A program made the position numbers and the translations under genes. Below the pieces are notes generated by a model. The model was not told the origin of the DNA. It did no database searches and worked only from the letters and a program-made list of their open reading frames with translations. A stretch of 64,000 nt of DNA from Alphaproteobacteria bacterium (GTDB lineage: Bacteria > Pseudomonadota > Alphaproteobacteria > Rhizobiales > Rhizobiaceae), in NCBI GenBank assembly GCA_036678505.1, contig JAZIHP010000005.1, positions 10,174 to 74,173 on the forward strand. Direction: 5' to 3'. Numbering within the stretch: position 1 is the first letter of the stretch; every line of letters begins with the position of its first letter. Below, piece after piece: positions 12,081 through 20,615 of the stretch.

Positions 12081-12189
12081 CTAAAGCATGTCGCCCCCGA
12101 AGCGGGAACCGGTTTCGGGGTAACGACATGCGTAAAAACAACAACTTGAAACGCAGGGAAGCGATCTGAAAGATCGCGACGCGCTTTAG
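12081..12189 (+). repeat. Intergenic mosaic element, module B only (copy a)
   Basis: CTAAAGCATGTCGCCCCCGAAGCGGGAACCGGTTTCGGGGTAACGACATGCG...GATCTGAAAGATCGCGACGCGCTTTAG. It aligns at roughly 85-95% by eye to the module-B copies at 20298, 43843, 44438 and 63147. Confidence 0.9.
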
Positions 12190-12632
12190 TTATTGGGAAC
12201 CTGCGGCTCCGCGGGCTGCGAGGCGCCTTCAGCCGGCGCGGGAACGGATTCAGAAGGCGCGGCTGGCGCGGCAGCATCGGAAGCGGCAGGAGCCGTCGCG
12301 GGCGCCTGCGGCGCGACCTGGCCCGGAAGCTGATCGAGAACGCCCTGCCGGGCAGGGGCATTCTGCTGCTGGGTGGCGGCGGGAACGCGATCCAGAATAT
12401 CGGTCGGCTTGGAACCATAGCGGGCAAGGATCGACAGGCCGAGCGAGGTGATGAAAAACGCGGCGGCAAGAATTGCCGTGGTGCGCGTCAGGGCATTGGC
12501 GGCGCCCCGCGCCGTCATGAAACCGGAGCCGCCACCGATGCCAAGCCCCCCGCCTTCGGAACGCTGAACCAGCACCACGCCGACAAGGGCGAGCACGATC
12601 ATGAGGTGGACGACGATAAGTACGGTTTCCAT
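12186..12632 (-). CDS. secG: Preprotein translocase subunit SecG with a Pro/Ala/Gln-rich C-terminal extension
   Basis: METVLIVVHLMIVLALVGVVLVQRSEGGGLG...TTAILAAAFFITSL is canonical SecG. The stop codon lies inside the repeat terminus. Confidence 0.9.
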   Translation of the reverse strand: METVLIVVHLMIVLALVGVVLVQRSEGGGLGIGGGSGFMTARGAANALTRTTAILAAAFFITSLGLSILARYGSKPTDILDRVPAATQQQNAPARQGVLDQLPGQVAPQAPATAPAASDAAAPAAPSESVPAPAEGASQPAEPQVPNN

Positions 12633-12801
12633 TGGTCTACCCTGGCAATGCCTGCGCCCGCTTGCGCGAACGTTCCTGAAGACGCGGCTCAATACAATGC
12701 TTTGACGGCATTTCCAAGTCCGGGTCCATGTCCGGGCCCGGAATTAGCCTTTGCAGCCACCATGTAAGCGCGCGCAATGCCGCACGCCAGCCTTTTCTCT
12801 G

Positions 12802-13566
12802 TCAGAGATGCTCGTATGCTTCGGCGATGCCGAGGAAATCGGCCGCCTTCAGGCTCGCGCCACCGACCAGCGCGCCATCCACATTGTCGATGCCCAGAAG
12901 TTCGACGGCATTGGATGGCTTGACCGAGCCGCCATAGAGAATGCGCATCGACCTTGCCCCTTCGCCCAGCCTTTCCACGAGGCGCGCACGGATATGGGCA
13001 TGGGCCTTTGCAACGTCGTCGGCGGTCGGCGTGAGGCCCGTGCCGATGGCCCACACAGGTTCATAGGCAATGATGGTGTTGGCAGCGGCGGCACTTTCAG
13101 GCACCGATCCGGCGATCTGCCGCGACAGCACGTCGAGCGTTTCGCCGGCCTGCCGCTGATCGTTGGTCTCGCCGATGCAGACGATGGCGACGAGGCCTGC
13201 CCGCCACGCGGCCTCGGCCTTGGCGCGGACCACCGCGTCGGTCTCGCCATGGTCGGTCCGCCGCTCCGAGTGCCCGACAATGACGTGGGTTGCCCCGGCG
13301 TCTTTCAGCATCTCGGCGGAAACGTCGCCCGTATGGGCGCCGCTGCCGCTGGCGTGGCAATCTTCACCGCCTGCGCGAACCGGCGTCGGGGAAAGGACTT
13401 CAGCCGCCCTCGCCAGAAGGGTCGCCGGCACGCACACCAGCCCCTCCGTCCGGGTATCGGCACCGCGCTTGAAGCCCTCGCCGATCAGCCTGAGTTCGTC
13501 GAGCGAAGCGCTGGTGCCGTTCATCTTCCAGTTGCCCGCAACGAGCGGCCGAATTCCTGGCGTCAT
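12802..13566 (-). CDS. tpiA: Triose-phosphate isomerase
   Basis: [15 protein letters not shown] and [11 protein letters not shown] motifs. Confidence 0.96.
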   Translation of the reverse strand: MTPGIRPLVAGNWKMNGTSASLDELRLIGEGFKRGADTRTEGLVCVPATLLARAAEVLSPTPVRAGGEDCHASGSGAHTGDVSAEMLKDAGATHVIVGHSERRTDHGETDAVVRAKAEAAWRAGLVAIVCIGETNDQRQAGETLDVLSRQIAGSVPESAAAANTIIAYEPVWAIGTGLTPTADDVAKAHAHIRARLVERLGEGARSMRILYGGSVKPSNAVELLGIDNVDGALVGGASLKAADFLGIAEAYEHL

Positions 13567-13690
13567 GTCTTTTCCGTCCCTGAAAGCTTCCATATGCGTG
13601 CCTTCACTACCAAAATCGGACCACAAAGCAATCGACACTGGCGCGCAAGGAGGCTATTGCCCTTGGCTGCATCTGAAACCGGAATTGAAC

Positions 13691-15583
13691 ATGCTCGACA
13701 GTCTGAGAAAAGCCGCGGGAACCTGGGTCGCCAAAACCTTGCTGATCATGCTGGTGCTGAGCTTCGCCGTCTGGGGAATTTCCGGTCAGGTCGCGGGCGT
13801 GATCGGCGGGCACGAATCCGTCGTGCGGGTCGGCGGTACGTCCGTATCCGTGAACGAATATCGTCTGGCCTATGACAGGCAGATCAATTTGCTTTCCCAG
13901 CAGTTCGGCCAGCGTCTTACCCGCGAGCAGGTCAACGCCCTCGGTCTGGATCGTCAGGTGATCGCGCAGCTCGTTTCCGGCGCGCTTCTCGATGAGCAGG
14001 CCCGCAAGATGGGTCTCGGCATCTCGCAGGACCGGCTCGCTTCCCTCACCCATGAAGACCCGGCTTTCCGCGGGGCGAACGGACAGTTCGACAGGCAGAT
14101 GTTCGATTACGTCCTGCGTCAGGTCGGCATGCGGCCGGAAGATTATCTGAACAACAGGGCGCAGGTGGCCCGGCGCCAGCAGATCATCGAGGCGGTTTCG
14201 GACGGCCTCAAGGTGCCCGACACATTCCTGAAAGCGTTCGCTCTCTATCAGGGCGAGGATCGCACGGTAGACTATCTCGTGCTGCCGAAATCGCTGGTCG
14301 AGCCGGTGGAAGCGCCCTCCGAAACCGACCTTTCCGCTTATTTCGAAGCCAACAAGCAGACATATGCGGCGCCTGAATACCGCAAATTCTCCTATGTGCG
14401 GCTGGAACCGGAAGATATTCTGGATACCGGCGCCATCGGCGACCAGCAGGTGAACGACGACTACGAAAAGAACAAGTCGCTGTTCACGACGCCCGCGACC
14501 CGCAAGATCGAGCAGATCGTGTTCGCCTCCGAACAGGAGGCGCAGACCGCTCGCGACTCCATCAACAACGGTGGAACTTTCGACAGGGTCTATGCCGCAC
14601 AGGGCAAGACCGAAGCCGATGTTCAGCTCGGAACGCTGGCGAAGGACAAGATCGCCGATCAGGCCGTGGCGGATGCAGCCTTCGCGCTCGGGCTGAACGA
14701 GGTGAGCCAGGTGATCAAGGGCACGTTCGGCCCGGTGCTTCTTCGCGTCACCGAGATCAATCCGGAAGTGGTCAGGCCGCTTTCCGAAGTCCGCGACGAG
14801 ATTCGCAGGGATCTCGCGCTCGGCGAGGCAAGCCGCCTGCTGCTGGAAGTTCACGACGCCTATGAGGATGCCCGCGCCGGCGGCGAAACCATGCAGGAGG
14901 CCGCCGCCAGACAGCGCCTCAAGGTGGTCACGGTCGAGGCGATCGACCGCTCGGGCCGGGCGCCTGACGAGAGCGTCATCCGCGACCTGCCGGAATCGGC
15001 CAGCCTCATCCGCGCGGTTTTCGAATCCGAGCCGGGCGCCGAGAACGAGGCCCTGCAAACGGCGAATGGCGGCTATCTGTTCTATGAACTCGATTCCGTC
15101 ACCCCCGCCCGCGATCGCGCGCTGGACGAGGTGAAAGATCGCGTCATTGCCGACTGGACCGCGCTCGAAACCGAAAAGAGGCTTCTGGCCAAAGCCGAGG
15201 AATTGAAGAAGCGTGTTGCGGAAGGGGTGGAGCTGGATGCGGTGGCTTCCGGGCTTTCGCTCGAAAAGCAGACCAAGCGCGGCCTGAAGCGCTCCGCCGA
15301 CGACGCCGATTTCGGCCGCGAAGGCGCTGCCGCAATGTTCGACGTGGGCGAAGGCCAGTCCGGCATCATTGCGGCGCCGACGGGCGGATCGCAGATCGTC
15401 TTCAAGGTCACACAGGTGGTGGAGCCTGCCGGCGCCGACGCCCAGACGGTTCCCGATGACGTGAAAAACTCCTTTGCCGCCGGCCTTTCCGGCGATCTCC
15501 TCGACCAGCTGGTTGCCCAGTTGCAGGGCCAGTATCCGGTGGAGATCGATCAGGTGGCCATCTCGCGGGCGCTGACCAGATGA
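13691..15583 (+). CDS. ppiD: Periplasmic chaperone/peptidyl-prolyl isomerase PpiD-like
   Basis: N-terminal membrane anchor [29 protein letters not shown] followed by a SurA_N-like/parvulin-like architecture; 630 aa. The track ORF 13163.. was trimmed to this ATG. Confidence 0.85.
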   Translation: MLDSLRKAAGTWVAKTLLIMLVLSFAVWGISGQVAGVIGGHESVVRVGGTSVSVNEYRLAYDRQINLLSQQFGQRLTREQVNALGLDRQVIAQLVSGALLDEQARKMGLGISQDRLASLTHEDPAFRGANGQFDRQMFDYVLRQVGMRPEDYLNNRAQVARRQQIIEAVSDGLKVPDTFLKAFALYQGEDRTVDYLVLPKSLVEPVEAPSETDLSAYFEANKQTYAAPEYRKFSYVRLEPEDILDTGAIGDQQVNDDYEKNKSLFTTPATRKIEQIVFASEQEAQTARDSINNGGTFDRVYAAQGKTEADVQLGTLAKDKIADQAVADAAFALGLNEVSQVIKGTFGPVLLRVTEINPEVVRPLSEVRDEIRRDLALGEASRLLLEVHDAYEDARAGGETMQEAAARQRLKVVTVEAIDRSGRAPDESVIRDLPESASLIRAVFESEPGAENEALQTANGGYLFYELDSVTPARDRALDEVKDRVIADWTALETEKRLLAKAEELKKRVAEGVELDAVASGLSLEKQTKRGLKRSADDADFGREGAAAMFDVGEGQSGIIAAPTGGSQIVFKVTQVVEPAGADAQTVPDDVKNSFAAGLSGDLLDQLVAQLQGQYPVEIDQVAISRALTR

Positions 15584-16590
15584 GCGCGCTGAAGCCCTTC
15601 ATCGGCAAGGTAGCCGCCGGCGACGCCTTGAGCTTCGACGAGGCATGCGAAGCGTTCGACATCATCATGTCCGGCGATGCCACGCCGGGCCAGATCGGCG
15701 GCTTCCTGATGGCGCTGCGCGTTCGCGGCGAGACGGTCAGCGAGATTTCGGGCGCCGTCGCCACCATGCGCAGCAAGATGCTGCGCGTGGCGGCGCCTGC
15801 CGATGCCATCGACATTGTCGGCACCGGCGGCGACGGTTCCCACAGCGTGAACATCTCGACCGCCTCCGCCTTCGTCATTTCCGCCTGCGGCGTGCCGGTA
15901 GCCAAGCACGGAAATCGCGGCCTTTCCTCGCTGACGGGCACGGCGGACGTGCTTACGCGGCTCGGCGTCAACATCGAACTGGCGCCGGAAGCCATCGGGC
16001 GATGCGTCGAGGAAGCCGGCATCGGCTTCATGTTCGCGCCTTCACATCATCCGGCAATGAAGCATGTCGGGCCGGTCCGGGTCGAACTCGGCACCCGCAC
16101 GATCTTCAATCTGCTGGGTCCCCTCACCAATCCGGGCGGCGTCGGACGCCAGCTCGTGGGCGTTTTCGCACCCGAATGGGTGCTGCCCGTTGCCGAAGCT
16201 CTCAAGGCTCTCGGCTCGACGCATGTCTGGGTGGTGCATGGCGACGGCTATGACGAGATCACCGTAACCGGTGAAACCCGTGTCGCGGAACTCTCAAACG
16301 GTGAAATCCGCAGTTTCACCCTCACTCCCGAAGCCTTTGCGCTGCAACGCCATTCCAGGGAAGCGCTGCGCGGCGGCGATTCGGAATTCAATGCCGCGGC
16401 CCTTCGCGGCGTTCTTTCCGGAACCGCCGGCGCATATCGTGATACGGTGCTGATGAATGCCGGTGCCGGGCTGATCGTCGCCGACAGGGTCAAAACGCTG
16501 GAAGACGGAATTGCCAGAGCCCGCGAAGCGATAGACAGCGGCAAGGCGACCGGCGTACTGGACAGATTGATCGAGGTTTCCAACGCTTAG
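15580..16590 (+). CDS. trpD: Anthranilate phosphoribosyltransferase
   Basis: [18 protein letters not shown] and KHGNRG motifs. The start overlaps the ppiD stop (ATGA). Confidence 0.96.
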   Translation: MSALKPFIGKVAAGDALSFDEACEAFDIIMSGDATPGQIGGFLMALRVRGETVSEISGAVATMRSKMLRVAAPADAIDIVGTGGDGSHSVNISTASAFVISACGVPVAKHGNRGLSSLTGTADVLTRLGVNIELAPEAIGRCVEEAGIGFMFAPSHHPAMKHVGPVRVELGTRTIFNLLGPLTNPGGVGRQLVGVFAPEWVLPVAEALKALGSTHVWVVHGDGYDEITVTGETRVAELSNGEIRSFTLTPEAFALQRHSREALRGGDSEFNAAALRGVLSGTAGAYRDTVLMNAGAGLIVADRVKTLEDGIARAREAIDSGKATGVLDRLIEVSNA

Positions 16591-16592
16591 CC

Positions 16593-17399
16593 ATGTCAGA
16601 CATCCTGCGTAAGATAGAAGCCTACAAGCGTGACGAGATCGCCGCGGCGAAAGCGCATACGCCGCTTTTGGAACTGAAGGCCCGGGCAGCGGATCAGGAA
16701 AAGCCGCGCGGCTTCCTGTCCGCCCTTGAAACACGCAATCGCAACGGCCGCTTCGCGCTCATTGCCGAAATCAAGAAAGCCAGCCCCTCGAAGGGCCTCA
16801 TCCGGGCGGATTTCGATCCGCCGGCGCTCGCCCGCGCCTATGAGGCCGGGGGAGCCGCCTGCCTTTCGGTGCTGACCGATGCGCCCTCTTTTCAGGGCGC
16901 GCCGGAATATCTGGCCCGCGCGCGTCAGGCCGCCGGCCTTCCCGTACTGCGCAAGGATTTCCTGTTCGATACCTATCAGGTGCACGAGGCGCGCGCATGG
17001 GGGGCGGACGCGATCCTCATCATCATGGCATGCGTCGACGACGCCACCGCTCAGGCGCTCGAAGACACGGCGTTCTCGCTTGGCATGGACGCGCTGGTCG
17101 AGGTGCATGACGAAGCGGAAACGGAGCGCGCGCTTGGCCTTTCCTCACGCCTCGTCGGCATCAACAACCGCAAACTGCGCACTTTCGAAACTTCGCTGGA
17201 AACCAGCGAACGTCTTGCTCCCATGATTCCCGCCGACCGGCTGCTCGTCGGCGAAAGCGGCATTTTCACCAATGAGGACTGCAAGCGGCTGTCCGCCAGC
17301 GGCATCGGCACTTTCCTCGTCGGCGAAAGCCTGATGCGCCAGGACGACGTCACCAGCGCCACGCGCATCCTTCTCGGGCTCGAATCAGGCGAGGCATAG
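16593..17399 (+). CDS. trpC: Indole-3-glycerol-phosphate synthase
   Basis: [17 protein letters not shown] and GINNR motifs. Confidence 0.96.
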   Translation: MSDILRKIEAYKRDEIAAAKAHTPLLELKARAADQEKPRGFLSALETRNRNGRFALIAEIKKASPSKGLIRADFDPPALARAYEAGGAACLSVLTDAPSFQGAPEYLARARQAAGLPVLRKDFLFDTYQVHEARAWGADAILIIMACVDDATAQALEDTAFSLGMDALVEVHDEAETERALGLSSRLVGINNRKLRTFETSLETSERLAPMIPADRLLVGESGIFTNEDCKRLSASGIGTFLVGESLMRQDDVTSATRILLGLESGEA

Positions 17400-17405
17400 A
17401 AGCTC

Positions 17406-17909
17406 GTGAACGACCGTCCCTCCCCGGCCGCCAGCGGCCTGACGCATATCGGCGCTTCCGGCGAGGCGCATATGGTCGATGTGGGCCAAAAGGCCGAAAC
17501 CGTCCGCGAGGCGGTCGCCGAGGGCAGCGTGCGCATGCAGGCCGGGACGCTCGCCATGATCCTCGCCGGCAACGCCAAAAAGGGCGACGTTCTGTCGACG
17601 GCCCGCATCGCCGGCATCATGGCCGCCAAGAAAGCGCATGAGCTTATCCCGCTTTGCCACCCCCTGCTGCTTACAAAGGTCAGCCTCGATATCGAGCCGG
17701 ACCACGACCTGCCCGGGCTCAGGGTTCGGGCGCTGGCCCGCGTCACCGGCAAGACCGGCGTTGAAATGGAGGCGCTGACGGCCGCCTCCGTCGCCTGCCT
17801 GACCATCTACGACATGGCCAAGGCCGTGGACCGCGCGATGATCATTTCCGATATCAGGCTTGCCTCCAAGACGGGGGGAAAGTCAGGCGACTACAGGGCG
17901 GAGCCCTGA
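17406..17909 (+). CDS. moaC: Cyclic pyranopterin monophosphate synthase MoaC
   Basis: [23 protein letters not shown] and GVEMEAL motifs; GTG start. Confidence 0.93.
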   Translation: MNDRPSPAASGLTHIGASGEAHMVDVGQKAETVREAVAEGSVRMQAGTLAMILAGNAKKGDVLSTARIAGIMAAKKAHELIPLCHPLLLTKVSLDIEPDHDLPGLRVRALARVTGKTGVEMEALTAASVACLTIYDMAKAVDRAMIISDIRLASKTGGKSGDYRAEP

Positions 17910-17910
17910 C

Positions 17911-19116
17911 ATGGCCCTGGTTCCCATGGAAACGGCGCTGCAACGCCTCCTGGAGGATGTCGAGCCCCTCGCCGGCGAAAGCGTGACACTGAACGATGCG
18001 TATGATCGCGTGCTGGCCGAGCCGGTCGTGGCCTTGCGCACCCACCCGCCTTTCGATGCTTCGGCGATGGATGGATACGCGGTGCGGGGCACCGACGCCG
18101 GAATGACTGGCGGTGTGTTGTCAATCATCGGCGAAGTGGCGGCCGGAGGCACTTTTGCCGGCTCCGTCGATGCCGGCCAGTGCGTCCGCATCTTCACCGG
18201 CGCGCCCCTGCCTGCAGGGGCCGATACGGTTATCATCCAGGAGAATGTCGAGAGACAGGACGGCGGCACGATCCGGCTTCTGGAGCCGGCCGCGCCGGGG
18301 CGGAATGTCCGACTCGCGGGCCTGGATTTTCGCAGCGGCGATCTGCTGGTTGAAAAAGGCCAGGTGATGGGACCGGGCAAGCTTTCCCTCGCCGCCTGCG
18401 CCAACCACCCTCGCCTCAGCGTCGTAAGGCGGCCTCTGGTTGCCATCATCGCCACCGGCGACGAATTGCGCGCACCCGGAAGCGAGCCGGGACCGGGACA
18501 GATCGTTTCGTCCAACAGTTACGGCATCGCGGCTGTCGCACGCGCCGTCGGGGCAGATGTTCTCGATCTCGGCATCGCGCCCGACCGCGAGGATGCAATC
18601 TCGGCGCTGGTCAGGCGGGCCGTTGCGGCCGGCGCGAATGTCATCGTCACCACGGGCGGCGCCTCGGTGGGCGATCACGACCTCGTTCACGAGGTTCTGA
18701 CCCGCGAGGGCATGACGCTCGATTTCTGGCGGATCGCCATGCGCCCCGGCAAGCCGCTGATGTTCGGCAGGATGGGCGGGATCCGGTGTCTGGGCCTGCC
18801 CGGAAATCCGGTGGCCAGCCTGGTCTGCGCCCAGCTCTTCCTGAAACCGCTGCTTGCGCGCCTCGGCGGCCGGCCTTTCCGGCAGGATATCCGGACCGCG
18901 ACCCTCGGAGCGCCGGTTTCCGCCAACGACCATCGGCAGGATTACATACGCGCGGCAATAGAGGAACGCGGCGGCAAGCTGACGGCCACGCCCTTCACTG
19001 TGCAGGATTCCTCCATGCTGCGCACCATGGCCGCGTCGGGCGGGCTCATCATACGCGCGCCTTTCCAGCCGGCGTCGGAAACCGGCGATCCCTGCCGGTT
19101 GCTGATGATCGGCTGA
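17911..19116 (+). CDS. moeA: Molybdopterin molybdenumtransferase MoeA
   Basis: MoeA N/linker/MoCF-binding layout with TTGGASVGDHD. The ATG lies 1 nt after the moaC stop. Confidence 0.93.
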   Translation: MALVPMETALQRLLEDVEPLAGESVTLNDAYDRVLAEPVVALRTHPPFDASAMDGYAVRGTDAGMTGGVLSIIGEVAAGGTFAGSVDAGQCVRIFTGAPLPAGADTVIIQENVERQDGGTIRLLEPAAPGRNVRLAGLDFRSGDLLVEKGQVMGPGKLSLAACANHPRLSVVRRPLVAIIATGDELRAPGSEPGPGQIVSSNSYGIAAVARAVGADVLDLGIAPDREDAISALVRRAVAAGANVIVTTGGASVGDHDLVHEVLTREGMTLDFWRIAMRPGKPLMFGRMGGIRCLGLPGNPVASLVCAQLFLKPLLARLGGRPFRQDIRTATLGAPVSANDHRQDYIRAAIEERGGKLTATPFTVQDSSMLRTMAASGGLIIRAPFQPASETGDPCRLLMIG

Positions 19117-19163
19117 CGCCTTCGACATAGCTGCGAATAGCCCCGATTTTAAAAACGGTTGCG

Positions 19164-19178
19164 GAACACAACTGGAAC
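19164..19178 (+). promoter_or_regulatory. Alphaproteobacterial LexA (SOS) box GAAC-N7-GAAC
   Basis: GAACACAACTGGAAC is a perfect match to the direct-repeat GAAC-N7-GAAC/GTTC-N7-GTTC motif, 62 nt upstream of the lexA ATG. Confidence 0.75.
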
Positions 19179-19189
19179 ATATAGTGTTT

Positions 19190-19204
19190 GTTCCGGGTTT
19201 GTTT
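19190..19204 (+). promoter_or_regulatory. Second, imperfect LexA box (GTTC-N7-GTTT) in opposite orientation
   Basis: GTTCCGGGTTTGTTT has one mismatch to GTTC-N7-GTTC. It lies 11 nt from the first box and 36 nt upstream of the lexA ATG. Confidence 0.45.
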
Positions 19205-19239
19205 TCCGATTCTGGATTCACCGCTGCCGGGGGGAACCT

Positions 19240-19959
19240 ATGCTGACGCGCAAGCAACATGAACTGCTTCTCTTTATCCATGAGCGGATGAAGGAAAGCG
19301 GCATTCCGCCCTCATTCGATGAAATGAAGGAAGCTTTGAACCTTGCTTCCAAGTCGGGGATACACCGGCTCATCACCGCGCTTGAGGAGCGCGGATTCAT
19401 CCGGCGCCTGCCCAACCGGGCACGGGCGCTGGAGGTGCTGCGCCTGCCCGATTCGATAGCCCCCGGTCTCAACGGCGCGCGAAAATTCTCGCCCAGCGTC
19501 ATTCAGGGAAGCCTCGGACAGCCGGCAAGGGATGCCCGCAAGCCGCAGGCCGCCAGCAATGACGACGACAGCGTCTCCGCGGTATCCATTCCCGTGATGG
19601 GGCGGATCGCGGCCGGCGTTCCGATCGATGCGATCCAGCACAAGACACATTCCATTTCGGTGCCGCCCGAAATGCTGTCGGGCGGCGAGCACTACGCCCT
19701 TGAAGTCCGCGGGGATTCGATGATCGAAGCCGGCATCTTCGATGGCGATACGGTCATCATTCGCAATGGCAACACGGCCACTCCGGGCGATATCATCGTG
19801 GCGCTGGTGGATGAGGAGGAAGCCACGCTGAAGCGGTTTCGCCGAAAAGGCGCTTCCATCGCGCTTGAAGCCGCCAATCCGGCTTATGAAACCAGGATTT
19901 TTGGACCCGACCGCGTCAAGGTGCAGGGCAGGCTGGTCGGATTGATCCGCCGCTACTGA
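19240..19959 (+). CDS. lexA: LexA repressor
   Basis: wHTH N-terminus [29 protein letters not shown], a long linker, and the S24 peptidase motifs [11 protein letters not shown] and LKRF. Confidence 0.96.
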   Translation: MLTRKQHELLLFIHERMKESGIPPSFDEMKEALNLASKSGIHRLITALEERGFIRRLPNRARALEVLRLPDSIAPGLNGARKFSPSVIQGSLGQPARDARKPQAASNDDDSVSAVSIPVMGRIAAGVPIDAIQHKTHSISVPPEMLSGGEHYALEVRGDSMIEAGIFDGDTVIIRNGNTATPGDIIVALVDEEEATLKRFRRKGASIALEAANPAYETRIFGPDRVKVQGRLVGLIRRY

Positions 19960-20297
19960 TGCCGGAAACGACGAGACGCTGATCGACCCGCCTTTTCCGC
20001 TTCGTTCTCGGCGGAAAAGGACTACTTATCAGACCTCTGGAACAATATTTTGAGAAATTGAATCCGGTCTTGCGGTCGCGGCCTCTCTTGCAGTCGCGGT
20101 CTCGGCTCCGGCGTGCGTGAAAGAGCCTGAATGGATCTGCTGGAAGCGGGTGGTTGGAAACAGGTGGCCGGCAGGCGCTGATCGTATATGCGCAGTGGTA
20201 TATGCGCCGTGGCCGGCAAGATCGCCGGCAAGACCGGGCGCAGCGCCGATGGGCCAAGTTCGGATGTGCGCATGACGGGAAAACATTGCCGGCGTGA

Positions 20298-20505
20298 TAA
20301 AGCACGTCACGATCTTTCGCTGCTCTCGCTTTAAGCGCCTCTTTTCACGCATGTCGTTGTCCCGAAACCGGTTCCTGTTTTTCGGGCGACAGGCTTTAGT
20401 TGGAGCGTTTCCAGGAAACGCTTTTCCGGTTCGGAAACGCGGCGAAACAAAGATTTGGAGCCGCTCGGCGATGCCGTGAGACCCTGAACGGCTCCAGCGC
20501 GCTGA
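20298..20505 (-). repeat. Intergenic mosaic element, modules B+A in the alternative order (copy b)
   Basis: 20298-20398 is module B in reverse orientation, with its second hairpin partly deleted. 20399-20505 is module A in reverse orientation. On the element strand the order is A-B, whereas copies c and e are B-A. Confidence 0.85.
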
Positions 20506-20615
20506 TCCCGATTTTCTTACTTCGACGCGAGCGGTTCTTCAGCCGACGAAAACCGCGCTGAAACAGGCTTGCCCAACGGGGTGAAAAGCTTGCTTTGAAC
20601 GTCGACCCGTGCCGC

